Assembly (NCBI RefSeq): GCF_018350175.1
Contig: NC_058369.1
Span: forward strand, 372,001 to 436,000
Source: Felis catus
Taxonomy: Eukaryota
Direction of reading: 5' to 3'
Length of the DNA: 64,000 nt
The translations under genes and the position numbers were made by a program. Shown piece by piece: positions 1-14,376 of this stretch (the first letter of the stretch is position 1; each line of letters begins with the position of its first letter). The notes beneath the pieces are model-generated. The model saw nothing but the letters and a program-made list of their open reading frames with translations, was not told the origin of the DNA and did no database searches.

Positions 1-159
1 TGCCCGGGCCCTCCACCTACAGACCCCCAGCCCATCCGGCCAAGGTCAGCGTCACTCACCTGTTTGAAATCAACTACAGTCCAGGACCCAGAGCAGAAGC
101 TCAAAGACATTCCCCTCCTATAGGCGGGTGGGCAGAGCCAGCAGGCCCGTGGGACCTCT

Positions 160-235
160 GTCATTCATCCTGCAGTAAACATTTATGGAGCGCCTACTGT
201 ATACAAAGCCCTGTGCAGATGCGGGGACACAGCCT
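160..235 (-). mobile_element. L2 3' end relic
   Basis: Contains tcattcatc...aaacatttatggagcgcctactgtatac. Confidence 0.55.
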
Positions 236-2277
236 GGCATACAGCAGGCTTGGTGGGGAGAGAGCCACCCAGGGAGCCCAGAATTGCCCTTTGGGCACAT
301 GGGACCCCGCCCCCCGCCCCACCTCCCAGCCCTGCCCAGGCCGCCCCCGGAGACCTCACCCAAGTCTTGGTGTCACCCTCACTCTATTTGGTGCGACTCC
401 GCCCTCCTCTGGGTTACGTTGACCATCAGGCCATACTTCCTTCAACTATACCTTCCCTCCACCTCCTCCCGGCCCTGCCACCCTGAAAATCAGGCGCCTG
501 GGCGGAGGCAGGACCCCAGGGCCAGCACAGGACCAAGAATACGGTTGGTTTTGCAAGTGAATTATGTGCCAGTGACAAATGTTACAAAGAGGGGCTCCAC
601 GTGGCAGGGTCCCTGGAGGAGGTCCTTCCTGCCAGCACTCGGCCCCAGCTGGACCTCCAGCCACCCTCTATGCCCAGGTCGTGGGGGCCCATGGCACCCG
701 GCGCCTGGCCGTGGTGGGGGATTCCGGCACCTTGCTCAGGTTGTACAGGAGCCCGAAGGCACTGTGGCCACGGAACGCGTGAGTGTCGCAGCTCCGGCAT
801 CTGCTGTGGCCATGCCCACCTGGCTCTCGGCACCCGGAGCCTCGGTCCCATGGCTGGAGGAACTCACGAGAGGCCCAGGGGAAGGCGGGGGGGGGGCTTC
901 AGCAGGCTGACGTGTGGAGCGGCCTCACCCCCACAGCCTTCGTGGGTCTGGGGGCTCTCCCACCTCGGGGGCAGGTGTGGGTGACCAGTCCAGTGTTTTC
1001 TGGCAGCCACACCCAGAATCCAGGGGTCCAGGTATACAGTAGGAGGCCAGTAAACATCTGCTCCCCTCTGGCGTGGCCCTATCTCTCTCCTTGTCCACGT
1101 GTCCTAAAGAAAATTCCAGACTCAACACATTTCACCCCTAAGTGGCGCAAGACCACTCCCAGCCCCCTTTCCCTGACGTAGTCACATCCTGGCCACCTCG
1201 CCCAGCCTGGGTGACTGACCGACCGGTTCCCTCCCCGCCTGGGGGACTCAGCAGCCGCTACCCTCCGTGGTCCAGGAATGAACTTCCCAGGAGCGCTCCA
1301 ACTTCTTTGCTCCCGCCTCCCATACGTACAGGGGCTAAACTGGGGCTGTGCCGAGCAGTGCAGGGGGGAGGGCCACCCCCTCCCACGGGGGCCCCAAGCG
1401 TGAGGCCAGCGAGCCCTGAGGTGGGAGCTTGGACACAGGGTGGCCTCAGAAAGGGACTTCTTCCACTCCTGGGCCCACAGACGGCCCTTTGCACCGCCCA
1501 CCCCTACGGGGCTCTCAGGAGCCCCGGGTTCCTGTCTGTCCTTCCCACGTGGGGAGAGGGCCGAGGGCTGCACGCCTGAGCCCCAAACTCGGGCTGGGGG
1601 GGCTGGGGAGAGGCCTGGAGATCAGTAGAGGGCCCAGGTCACAGTGTTCTCACTGACTGGACGCACACGGATGGGGGTTTTAATCCAGCCCTGCCCGGGC
1701 GACCCTGGTTAAGTCGATGTCCATCTCTGCCTCAGTTTCCTTGTCTGGAGTCACCCCAGGCATTTCCCAGAACTGTCCAAGGAGCCTCACCCTGGCCCTC
1801 AGGGATGGTGACACTGTGCCCACCCCTGCGTCCGTCTCCCAGCTCGGGGACTGCTTGAGGACCAGGCCGTGATAACATGGAGTGCCCGGGGCCTGGGGGG
1901 CTCTTGATCCAAGCGGGGACGGCACAGGGGTTATTAGGGAAGCTTCCTGGAGGAGGTGGTGATGCCTGGGCTGAGTGCCCCGCACGAACAGGACTCTCGG
2001 GAGGGTTGCCAGGCTGTTCAGTGCGGCTGGAAGGCAGCAAGGCAGGGGGGCAGAGGAGGAGAGCGGGTCGGGGAGGGGAGGGGGCGGCATGCGGGGCCGC
2101 GGAAAGGAAGTAGGGTGGGCCTGGAGGCGAGGTCTGAGGCAGGAAGAGGTGAAGGTCATCGGCCAGCTGTGGAGCAGGAGACGGGTCGTAGCGATGAGGC
2201 CATTAAGGCTCAGAGAGGGGCCGACCCGCTGAGGGGACACAGAATTGGAAGGCAGCCCTTTCCTTATTGATTTACTC

Positions 2278-2298
2278 TGCTGCCACCTGGTGGCAGCA
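2278..2298. promoter_or_regulatory. Palindromic CTCF-type motif
   Basis: TGCTGCCACC-T-GGTGGCAGCA; the minus strand reads CCACCAGGTGGCAG, which matches the CTCF core. Confidence 0.55.
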
Positions 2299-4240
2299 TG
2301 CAAATTCAAGCAAGAGCGAGAGCTCTGGGCCGGCCCTCTCTCCAACCGCCCCAGGGGAGGAGCTGCTACGGTTCACAGCCGCGGTGCCAGGAACAAATCG
2401 TTGCCAAACCCCAGGAAATGTATGCTGGTGAGCGTCGGAGGAGGCCAGGAATTTCCCGAATTTCCCAGGAGCCCAAGGCAGGGAAGCGGTTCCTATAGAA
2501 AGCCCAGAGGGGCCTTTGGTGCCCAGAGATGGGGGCGAACGAGGCTCGTTGGAGGGGATGTCGACTGAGCTCATTGCTGGGAACAGAAAGACCCAGAAAG
2601 TGCGGCCCCCGGTGTTTCCCATGGGCTCAGGCGTGTGAAGCCGGCCAGGATCGGTCTGCACAAGGCAAAGACGAGAGCCCGGCGGGGAGGCGAGGACCGG
2701 GGCTTCGGGTGGATTTGCCAGAGCTTGGCTGGGGTGGTACAGATTCAGGCAGCCACAAAACCACAGGAACAATGCAGGGGCCGCCTCGTGAACCCAGTGC
2801 CTGTCGTGCGGGCACCGCACCCGGTCACCACCCCTGTGATCTCGAATTAGAAGCTTCCCAGCCTGCAGCCCTCCAGGCCCTCAGCACCCTGCCCTCCTGA
2901 TGGCGGTTAATGGCTAACAGGCCCTCAAGGACGGCACTTTCTCAGCTGCGGACTCTGCAAACCTTCATTTAATCCCTGCGTCCGGCCTCAGATGGAGCCT
3001 AGTGTTCAGACCTCCATCCGATGGGCGAGGACACGGAGGCGGGGAGGGGTCGAGTCGGTGGCCGGGGCTGGTGCAGTGGGCAAGTGGCCACACTAGGGAA
3101 CGAGCCCAGAGTCAACACGTAACCACCACGACACGGATGAACCTAGTATACAGGTGGTGCTCGATAGAGGCAGCTTTGGTTAAATCTGCTCTCCCTGCCA
3201 GAGCCACGTCCTCCTCCCCCATCCCCAGACTGCAAGCGCGGGCTTACTAAGTGCTCTGTGGGTGGGGGGGACCCTGCCACAGGGACAGGAGGGTCGATGT
3301 GCCTCAGGCCAAGGCAGGGAGAAAGGGCAGGGGCCGAGCACCCGCTGTGTGCAGGGCTCCGGAGGGCAGGGCCGTCACCCTCATCTCTGGGGGCCATGGG
3401 GTTGGCTCGCCTGTGGCCACAGGCTGAGGGAGCCTGGGGACCAACTGGGCCCCGGCTGAGGCGCTGGCTCTGGGCGCCCCTGGGGCCCCGGCCCGCCCAT
3501 TCCCACAGCGGATCCGTTGGCTCCCTCCCCGCACCCTGCCCGAGTCCCGAGCCCCGAGGACGTTGCCTATTGCGACAGCGGCCGTTGGAGCATCCTGGGG
3601 GAGGCGGGAAGTGAAACAGGGGTCATGGGGGAGGGGGCTGGGCCCTGGGGACCCTCGGCTGCCCCCGGGCAGAGCACTCCGGCTAACTGGAGGTCAGGCC
3701 CAGCTGGGGCCAGGGCACTGGCCGGGCCAGGCTCGGCGGGGGGAGGGGGGGGCTTCAGGGAAGCTCAGGGGGGCTGGGGGTGGGAGCCCCTTCCGAGGAC
3801 TTGTGCCGGACTCCAGATGCTGACCCCGTGACAGTGAGTTCTTGTGAGCGACAGCCAGAGGGGACGGGCCGCACAAGGCCGTCCTGCTGTGAGCCCTGGG
3901 GGCTGGGTGTGGACCCCGGATCCCCCGTGTGGGCAGGAGCCCGTGGGGGAAGCCCCCGCCCTGCCTCAGTCTTCCGTCCCTGCGGAACGTCAGGACACAG
4001 ACCGTGCAGCATTGTTGACACTATGATAGTGCCCGGGGTAAACTGAGGCACGCGGGGGCCCCAGCCAGCGTCCTCTGGGCCTAGGGTGCCATTTTCAGTA
4101 AAAACACAGGACACCCAGGTCAATGTGAGTGTCGGGGAAGCGAGGACTAACTTCGTGGCGGCGGGGGGGGGTGTCCTGTGCAGAACTGGGGATACACTTC
4201 TACTGAAAGACATTGCGTATCTGACCTTCCCATTTAATTG

Positions 4241-4392
4241 TGTGGTCCTGGCCGTGGGACTCATCCAGTGACCCTGCCGGAGCCAACCCCGGCCCCTTGC
4301 ACCCCCCCAACTCTGGGCGGGGGAGAGGAAGTGGGGACACCTGGCCCCACCGTGGGGCAAGGGCAACGGCCTCCGGGGATGGGGGCTATAAG
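4241..4392 (+). promoter_or_regulatory. ELANE proximal myeloid promoter
   Basis: TGTGGT (RUNX) 4241-4246, AGAGGAAGTG (PU.1/ETS) 4324-4333, TGGGGCAA (C/EBP-like) 4353-4360, CAACGG (MYB) 4364-4369, TATAAG 4387-4392. This is the known factor set for neutrophil elastase promoters. Confidence 0.8.
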
Positions 4393-4441
4393 AGGGGCAG
4401 GTGGGCACAGGGGTCAGAGACGCCAGAGCCCCAGCCCGACC

Positions 4442-7186
<2,745 letters not shown>

Positions 7187-7222
7187 AAAGCGCGCCGCTG
7201 GCTGGGCCCTGCCCACGGTGAC

Positions 7223-7228
7223 AATAAA
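7223..7228 (+). terminator. ELANE polyadenylation signal
   Basis: AATAAA 36 nt after the stop codon. Confidence 0.85.
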
Positions 7229-8239
7229 AGCCTCTTGGTTTTCGTAAGAATGCGTGTGTTTCTTGGTTGTACACGGGGGCCCCAGAGTGGTCCGGAAAGT
7301 GTCTCGTGGGCGTGTCGCCTCCAAACGGCAGCAAGTTTGGGGCCCTGGGGTAAGAAGACCTTCCCCACCCTCCACAAAGGATGCCAGCTGCCACCCGGGT
7401 TCCCAGCGTCACCGGATTGAGTCACTGCTCACGCGGCACAGGGACCGGTCCAAGTCTCTGCCACCGTTCACTCATCCGGCCCTCTCTCCGGCCCTTGAGG
7501 CGAGTCCTAGCCCTGCCCCATTTTACAGGCAAAGAAGTCGAGGTACAGACAGGCGTGAAGCTGTGCTCGGCAGGCAGCCTCGGTTTGAGTCCCAGCTACG
7601 TTGGGCACCTGTCTTTCCCTGAGCCTCGGGTTCCCTGCAGGAAGGAGTGAGGGGAGGGGTTCGGGTCCCACACCGGCCTCGGCCTCACGAACCCTGCCCG
7701 CCCCCCCACTGGAGGTCAACGGCCTGGGCCCTGCCGCACGGTTCTGGCCTCTGGGGCTCCCTCTGCCTTGGGGTGCTCCCCTCCCACAGCTCCGCCCAAG
7801 CGCTGGCCGGGGCTCAGTCGGTCAGTCACTCTTCCAACCCAGCCCTGCAGGCTGGCGGTCGTTGGTTCGTTCGGCGCCGGGCGGGGAGTGTTCAGGGTTA
7901 TTTATTGAAGACGTTCCAAATTTTGTTGCAGTTTCCAACTCTTACATAACCTGGACTCCATAGCCTAATGGGCTTTTGTTTCCAGTTTCTGATTTCAATA
8001 AGGAAACATGTTAGGATCTAACAAATCGCACTGGCTACATTTTTTCTATTCTCTGTGTCTGAAACAGTCCACAGCAAAGAGGAAAGCCGTAGACGGAAGA
8101 TACCGTGCAATGTGCCCACTGGGGATGTCCAAGGCGCGACCCGCCCTTGCGTTCCCAGCACTGCCCCCCTCCATGGGTTCATGAGACATTGATCCATCGT
8201 CCTGACCTTATAAAGGGTCACGCAACCCATTCTGCTCAT

Positions 8240-8605
8240 CAGAACCTGCCAACCCTTGCTCGCAGTGATTGGCTTGGGAAGGGCCATGTGATCAAAGCTC
8301 GGCTAACCAGAGGCGGCCTTGAGAAACTGGCTGGAGTGATGGGGAATTGGGAGAGGGGCCCACTGAGCCACTGGGCTGAGTCTGGGGCCCCTGGGCCCAC
8401 AACAGGGGAGCCCGCTGAGGAGAAAAATCACCAAGGAGGAAAGGACAACTAGAGACAGAGACACCTGATAGCGGGCAGGCACCTGGATCAGGCTACACCT
8501 GAGAGCAGTCCCTGCACTTTCCATTTAAATTTCCGTGTTGAAGACCCCACCTGGCTCAGCTTGTTTTTTCTGTCATTTGTATCTGACGCACCCCCTTTCT
8601 AACAT
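8240..8605 (+). mobile_element. Degenerate MaLR LTR (MLT1J/K-like) upstream of CFD
   Basis: cagtgattggcttgggaagggccatgtgatcaaagc and cctggatcaggctacacctga...ttttctgtcatttgta resemble MLT1 LTR blocks (recognised from memory). Confidence 0.5.
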
Positions 8606-9092
8606 TCCATTTGTTGGGGTGTTGGGCCCCAGAGCCAACAGGGACAAGGCTGTCAGGTGACCTTCCCACCCCCACCGACCTCCTCTCTTAGTTGGAGGAG
8701 GAAGAGAAAGAAGGGAGGGGCAGAAAAACGGAGGAAGTTGGTTGTTTACAAACTGTGGCCTCCAGCTGCTGTTGCAAAACGTTGGGGGCGGGAAGGGCAC
8801 TCTGGGGAGCCTGGGCTGGGGGGCTGAGAGTGGGTCCGCCTGAGGGTCTGCGGCCCGCACGGGGACCAGCCCTGGACCTGACACAGAGGCAGGAGTCCCC
8901 TCCAGCCGCCTGTCCTCTCGGTGCGGGGCTCCCGTGGAGGGTGGGCACGGAACAGGCAGGCTCCCCTTTGCCCTGCTGGACGGTGGCCACGCAGCAGAGC
9001 GAGCCTTGGGAGCCCCGCCCCCTTGCCCGCTCCTACAAGTGTCAGTGCCTGGGGGCCCCAGCCTGAGTCCCCGCTCAGGCCACAGCAGCAGC

Positions 9093-10962
9093 ATGACCGC
9101 CTGCCTGGTGCACCTGGTGACGCTGGTCCTCCTGGGCGCAGCCGCGTGTGGTGAGTGACAGGGCCTGGGCCTACCGGGACAGCTGGGAGCCACCTGTCTG
9201 GAGGGCGGTCAGCCGCCCCCCCCCCCTGCCATCAGGCAGCAGTGTCCCCGGCTCCAGCAGGTGAATGGAAAGCTCTGAAAAGGAAGGATTTTCCCCAAAC
9301 TTCGAATATGAAGCCTGAGCTCTCACAGTCCAAGCTCAGCCTCCAGTGAGGGTCAAGTTGTTGGTGCAAACGGCCGGGACTGCTGGGTCTGGTCAGCCAC
9401 ACTTAGCGAATTTGCCCCAGAATCCCCTGCTCCCAGTGGGCCCGGACTGGACTCCAGGCCTGCCCCCCCCCCCCCGACCAGACTCCAGGCTGGGTACCCC
9501 CCCACTGGACTGGACTCCAGGCCTGCCCCCCCCTCCGACCGGACTCCAGGCCTGGGCCCCCCCCCCCCACCTGACTGGACTCCAGGCCTGCCTCCCCCCA
9601 CCGGACTGGACTCCAGGCCTGCCCCCACCCTCCTCACCGGACTTGACTCCAGGCCTGGGCTGCCCGAGGGCCGGGTGGGGCAGGGAGGCCCGCCCCCTGA
9701 AGCACACACCTGCCCTCCCTCCCCCAGCGGCGCAGCCCCGGGGGCGAATCCTGGGCGGCCGCGAGGCCGAGTCCCACGCGCGGCCCTACATGGCGTCGGT
9801 GCAGGTCAACGGCAAGCACGTGTGCGGCGGCTTCCTGGTGTCCGAGCGGTGGGTGCTGAGCGCGGCGCACTGCGTGGAGGACTTGTGAGTGTCCGGAGCC
9901 AGCGGGGGGCTGGGGGGGGGCTGGGAAGGGGGGGACGCGGCTCTCATGTGGACCCCCCCACGCCCAGGGCCGACGGGAAGCTGCAGGTGCTCCTGGGCGC
10001 ACACTCCCTGTCGCAGCCCGAGCCCTCCAAGCGCCTGTACGACGTGCTCCGCGCAGTGCCCCACCCAGACAGCCGGCCCGACACAATCGACCACGACCTC
10101 CTCCTGCTGCAGGTCTGCCGAGCCCAGCCTCAGTCCCGCCTGCTGCACGCGACCCCCGCTGCCCCGCCGCCCGCCCTGACCCCCCGCTCCCGCCCCTTCC
10201 CGTAGCTGTCGGAGAAGGCCGAGCTGGGCCCCGCCGTGCAGCCCCTGGCCTGGCAGCGCTTGGACCGCGACGTGGCGGCCGGCACGCTCTGCGACGTGGC
10301 CGGCTGGGGCGTGGTCACCCACACGGGCCGCCGGCCGGACCGCCTGCAGCAATTGCAACTGCGGGTCCTCGACCGCGCCACCTGCAACCACCGCACGTAC
10401 CACGACGGCACCATCACCCAGAGCATGATGTGCGGGGAGAGCAACCGCCGGGACACCTGCAAGGTGGGGGGGGGGCGGGGCGGGGGGGGCGGGGGGAGCA
10501 ACCGCTGGGACACCTGCAAGGTGGGGGGGCGGGCGGGGGGGGGCGGGGGGAGCAACCGCTGGGACACCTGCAAGGTGGGGGGGGCGGGCGGAGCAACCGC
10601 CGGGACACCTGCAAGGTGGGGGGGGCGGGCGGGGGGTGCGGGGGGAGCAACCGCCGGGACACCTGCAAGGGGGGGGGTGCGGGGGTTGGGGTGCGGGGAG
10701 ATTAACCGCTGGGACACCTGCAAGGTGCGCGGGCGGGGGTCCCTGCAGGCGCGGCTGCAGCGCTCACGGCCCGGCCCGGCCCGCCGTCCTGTCCCCGCAG
10801 GGCGACTCCGGGGGCCCGCTGGTGTGCGGGGGCGTGGCCGAGGCCGTGGTCACGTCGGGCTCGCGCGTGTGCGGCAACCGCAAGAAGCCCGGCATCTACA
10901 CGCGCCTGGCGAGCTACGTGGCCTGGATCGACGGCGTGATGGCCGAGGGCGCGGCCGCTTGA
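9093..10962 (+). CDS. CFD: Complement factor D (adipsin); join(9093..9150,9728..9884,9968..10112,10206..10463,10801..10962), 259 aa
   Basis: Signal peptide ...LVLLGAAAC, propeptide AAQPRGR, mature N-terminus [17 protein letters not shown]. Triad in SAAHC, DHDLLL and GDSGGP; S1 Asp in RDTCK; factor-D self-inhibitory loop TSGSR. GT-AG junctions, total 780 nt. Confidence 0.96.
9441..9660. repeat. Minisatellite in CFD intron 1
   Basis: About 7 copies of GGACT(GGACT)CCAGGCCTG followed by a C-run, unit about 30 bp. Confidence 0.88.
10439..10730 (+). repeat. Six-copy tandem repeat of the CFD exon 4 3' end plus splice donor
   Basis: AACCGC(C/T)GGGACACCTGCAAG ends at 10463, 10520, 10574, 10615, 10669 and 10724, separated by G-rich spacers. 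Five of the six copies are followed by GT. Confidence 0.93.
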
Positions 10963-10996
10963 CGAGGCCCCGAGGGGCGGCCGACCGGGGTCGCGC

Positions 10997-11002
10997 AATA
11001 AA
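10997..11002 (+). terminator. CFD polyadenylation signal
   Basis: AATAAA 34 nt after the stop codon. Confidence 0.85.
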
Positions 11003-11992
11003 GCATCCTCTCCTGCACGCTTCCTGCCCGTCCTGAGCACGCGCGGCCGCGCGGGGGCGCCCGTGCTCCTCCACCCGCGGTCCCGGGAGGTGGCGGGGAA
11101 GCCGCCCTGCCGGCGAGACCCTGCTCTGGGGGGAGCTTCAGCTTCACAGACCCTCTCGAGTCACTCTGTTCTGTGACCCCCGTCCCGCATCGGGAAACGG
11201 AGGCTCAGGTGGGGGGAAGCTCCTGGGCAAAGTCTGGATTCGAACCCAGGATCACAGCCCCGGCGTTCATAGTCACTTCCGGGGGCTTGGGGGCTCCCAG
11301 AATGAGGAAGGCTGATGCTTGTCCTAGAGCAGTCACACTGGCGGTCTGAGGGACTCCCTGCCCTCCTGGGTCTCAGTTTACCCTTTCTGGTAAAGGGTCC
11401 AGTTTACCCAGGCCCCGAGGCCCCGTGCTTTCTCCCACCTGGATGAGGGGCCATCGAGACCCACACCTGCTGGGGCCCAGGTGGTAAGCGTGGCCCACAA
11501 AGGGGGCTCACGACTTCCCTTTTGTTGAAAAGAAGACTGAGGATCTGAGAGGTGAAGTCATGTGCCCACCCCTGGGGATTGTGAATCGGGGGTTTGGAAC
11601 CGGTGGCCAAGTTTTACTTTTCCACCACAGAGTGTTTACCTTGGAGTCATATGCTCATGCCTACAAAAGCATTTATGGAGCACCTGCTGTGTGCACGGTC
11701 CTGGGCTGGGCACCATAGTCACTAAGACCTGCTCATAGTAACTCAAATATCCCATTACACAGGATGTAACTCACTCAGCCCTTCTGATGATGGACATGAG
11801 GCTCAGAAATCTCGTGTGTAATTTAAGAAACTGGACACATTTAAATAAGGGGGGGGGGGGGAGAGACAATTGCTGGCCATCCAGACCCGGGAGACTCATT
11901 CATTCAATAGGTATTTCCTGGATGAAGTGATGTCAGGGAGTGGCTTTGAGATGATCCAGTTTGGGGGGAAAGTGTGGGTGTGGCTACGATGA

Positions 11993-12163
11993 CTAGATTC
12001 AGCAAATAAAAACACGTCCGGTTAAACGGGAATTTCAGAAAAACAACAACTACTTTTGCATGATGAGCGTGTCCCGTGGTATGTGGGACGGCCTTGTACT
12101 GAAACGGTATTTGTTGTTCGTTTGAAACTCAAATGCAGCTGCCCCGCTGACGACCTGGCACCT
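11993..12163. mobile_element. Palindromic MITE, MER53-like
   Basis: Inverted arms gaatttcagaaaaacaacaa (12030-12049) and ttgttgttcgtttgaaactc (12111-12130) match at 16/20 positions; inner gtccc/gggac pair; resembles the MER53 consensus as recalled. Confidence 0.65.
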
Positions 12164-14370
12164 GGAGGGTCAGAGCAGGGCCTGGGGAAGAAGGGCTGGG
12201 GGCCGGCGGGCCTGCCCCACAGGAAGGGGGCGGGTTTCCGGGCTGGAGGCACAGTTCGGGCGAGGGCCTGGCGGGAGACATTGTGGCTTCTGCAGCCACG
12301 AGGGAAACCGCAGCCCGCTCACCCTGGAGCTCACCCAGCAGCTTCCCCAGACGGGCGGGTTCTCAGGTGCCAGTGAGTGTGGTCGGCCCGTCAGGGGCAG
12401 CGGGATGACCCCGAGCCCCGGGCAGGCGCAGGAACGACCTGGGTGTCCAGGGGGCACGGCCCGAGAATAAGAAGCCAAAGGCCGCCCCGGTCCTGCTTTC
12501 CCACTTGTTTCTGGAGGTCAGGGCCCCGGTGGGCCCAGGGCAGGGGGTAGGAGTGGTGGTTCGCGTCTGACTAGGGGCTGGCCGGTGTGACATCTCCCGG
12601 GGCATCTTCACCCCCCTCCCGTGGTCAGTGTGGGAGCCACAGAAGGTTCCGGTGAACAGTGTGGGGAGGCAGGCCATGAGCTCGGTGGGCACTAAGCCCA
12701 CAGCAGCACACACATCTTCCGGACGTGGTCCCGGTGGCCGCCTCTGTGACACAGGGCCTCCGCTCTGACGAGGCTGGCCGCACACCCAGCCGGCCGGACT
12801 GAGCCGTCTTCACATACTAACTAGAACAGGGCCTTGCTGTTGACCCCAGAGGCAGGCGCTGTGGGGACACACGGGTGTCCCCTGGCGGGCACAGGACGGG
12901 AACGCGGGACCTTGCTGACCTAACCCGCCTGGCGAGCTCATCTGGGGCTCGGCAGGGCCCACGGGGGATTGGCCACCGGGATGGCCAGGCGCACCCACGC
13001 GACCGTGCTCATCCCGGTTCGCGGGCTGTTCTCGTCCACCCCAAACCTGGGGACAGAGAGCCACCCCCGGGTCACCGTGCTCAGTTTCTGCGGGTCCGGA
13101 AGCGGACGGCACAGCGGGGCGGCGTGCTCATGGCAGGGAGGCACAGGTTCCGGGTGGGGGTGGGGGGCCGGGAGCAAGGCCACTTCCAACCGCTCGGGGG
13201 TCACACGCACCACTTCTGCGCAGGGCTGGACGCAGGCGTGAGCCCACCCAGACCCGAGGGGGGGGGGGCGCGGACCCCACGTGTCACCCGTGGGGGTGAG
13301 TCGTGTCCGTGTCCTAAAACCACAAGTTAACCTGGAGCGGGTGAAACAGGGGTGTAGGACAACGGGCCCTTTGTCCCAACGCAGATGGCTGACAGCACTG
13401 GCGGGGTGGCTGGAGGCCTCGTGAGGGACGTGGGCAGCACGGCGTGGGGGCCCGAGAGGGGTGCAGGGACGCCACGACAGGCGACCCCCACCTCAGCCGC
13501 GCAGACGGCACAGCAGTGGTGCGGGCACGGTCAGGGGGAAAGGGCCCCCGAAGCAGATCCCCACGGAGGAGAGGCCTCTCCCCTGCTCCCCGCCTACACC
13601 TCAGTTAGATGAGCAATTTACACAGAGCCTCCCCTCCACCGGCTCACGGATGGCTGTCAGCAGTGACCACTCAACCGGGGGGGGGGGCTGCCCTCGGGGT
13701 CCCCGTGTCACTAAAGGGGCACCAGGCAGTGGTGACCAGCAGGGTGGGAGGCGAGGCGGCTGGCAGAGGCCCAGCCAAGGGCCGGCTCCCTGCCCTTGTC
13801 CGCCCCCACCACGCGCCCACCATCAAGGCCCACGGCTCAGACAACAGGCCCTCCGGGGCAACACGGCCCGGGCCTCGGTAAGGGGCTCCGAGCCCCCACT
13901 GCCCGGCGAGCCCCACAAGCACAGGTGCAGGGTCTGACCCCCGCAGGGCATCCACCCGCCCCACCCTCCCTGCACCTTCCAGCAAGAAAGCCAGAGAAGC
14001 CATTAGCGCTCCACAGGCAGGGCGCCGCGTCCGGAGGCCTGGGGAGCAGGACATAAGCTGGATGCGATTGGGAAAGTGCTCATTGGCAGGAGGCGGGACC
14101 CCCGGGGACCAGACCTGAGCTCCCAGAAGCCCAGGGGCGGGAGCAGCTCAGGGCCTGCAGCGGGGAGGCTAGAGGGAGGCAGGGAAAAAGGAGAGAGACC
14201 TGCCCATCGCCCACAGGTGCCCGGCCTGCTGCCCCGTGCAGGGACCTTGGTGACTGGCATACACTAGGTGCTCGATAAATGCTGACAGAGCAAGAGAGTC
14301 ACCGGGCACGGGAGCCCAGGGGAGGAGAGCACCCTTGGCAGGGACAGGACACCTGTGACCTGGCAGGACA

Positions 14371-14376
14371 TTTATT
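14371..14376 (-). terminator. MED16 polyadenylation signal
   Basis: TTTATT on plus (AATAAA on minus), about 510 nt past the MED16 stop; the first such hexamer I found downstream. Confidence 0.7.

Noticed and set aside
54-62. Perfect minus-strand donor CAG|GTGAGT
   Set aside because: A 9-mer is expected roughly once per window by chance; no associated exon was recognised.
740-778. 39-nt phase-0 candidate micro-exon (AG|VVQEPEGTVATER|GTGAGT)
   Set aside because: Weak pyrimidine tract, no recognisable protein and no partner exons; expected by chance.
1-4240. No PRTN3 or AZU1 exons upstream of ELANE
   Set aside because: The window has only 4.4 kb upstream, similar to the human intergenic distance; gene loss cannot be claimed.
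10236-11036. 266-aa ORF implying an intron-4-retaining CFD protein
   Set aside because: Full retention (337 nt) puts exon 5 out of frame and loses GDSGGP; only alternative donors keep the frame.
12815-12821. Perfect TACTAAC branch-point heptamer
   Set aside because: Intergenic, with no polypyrimidine tract or downstream exon.
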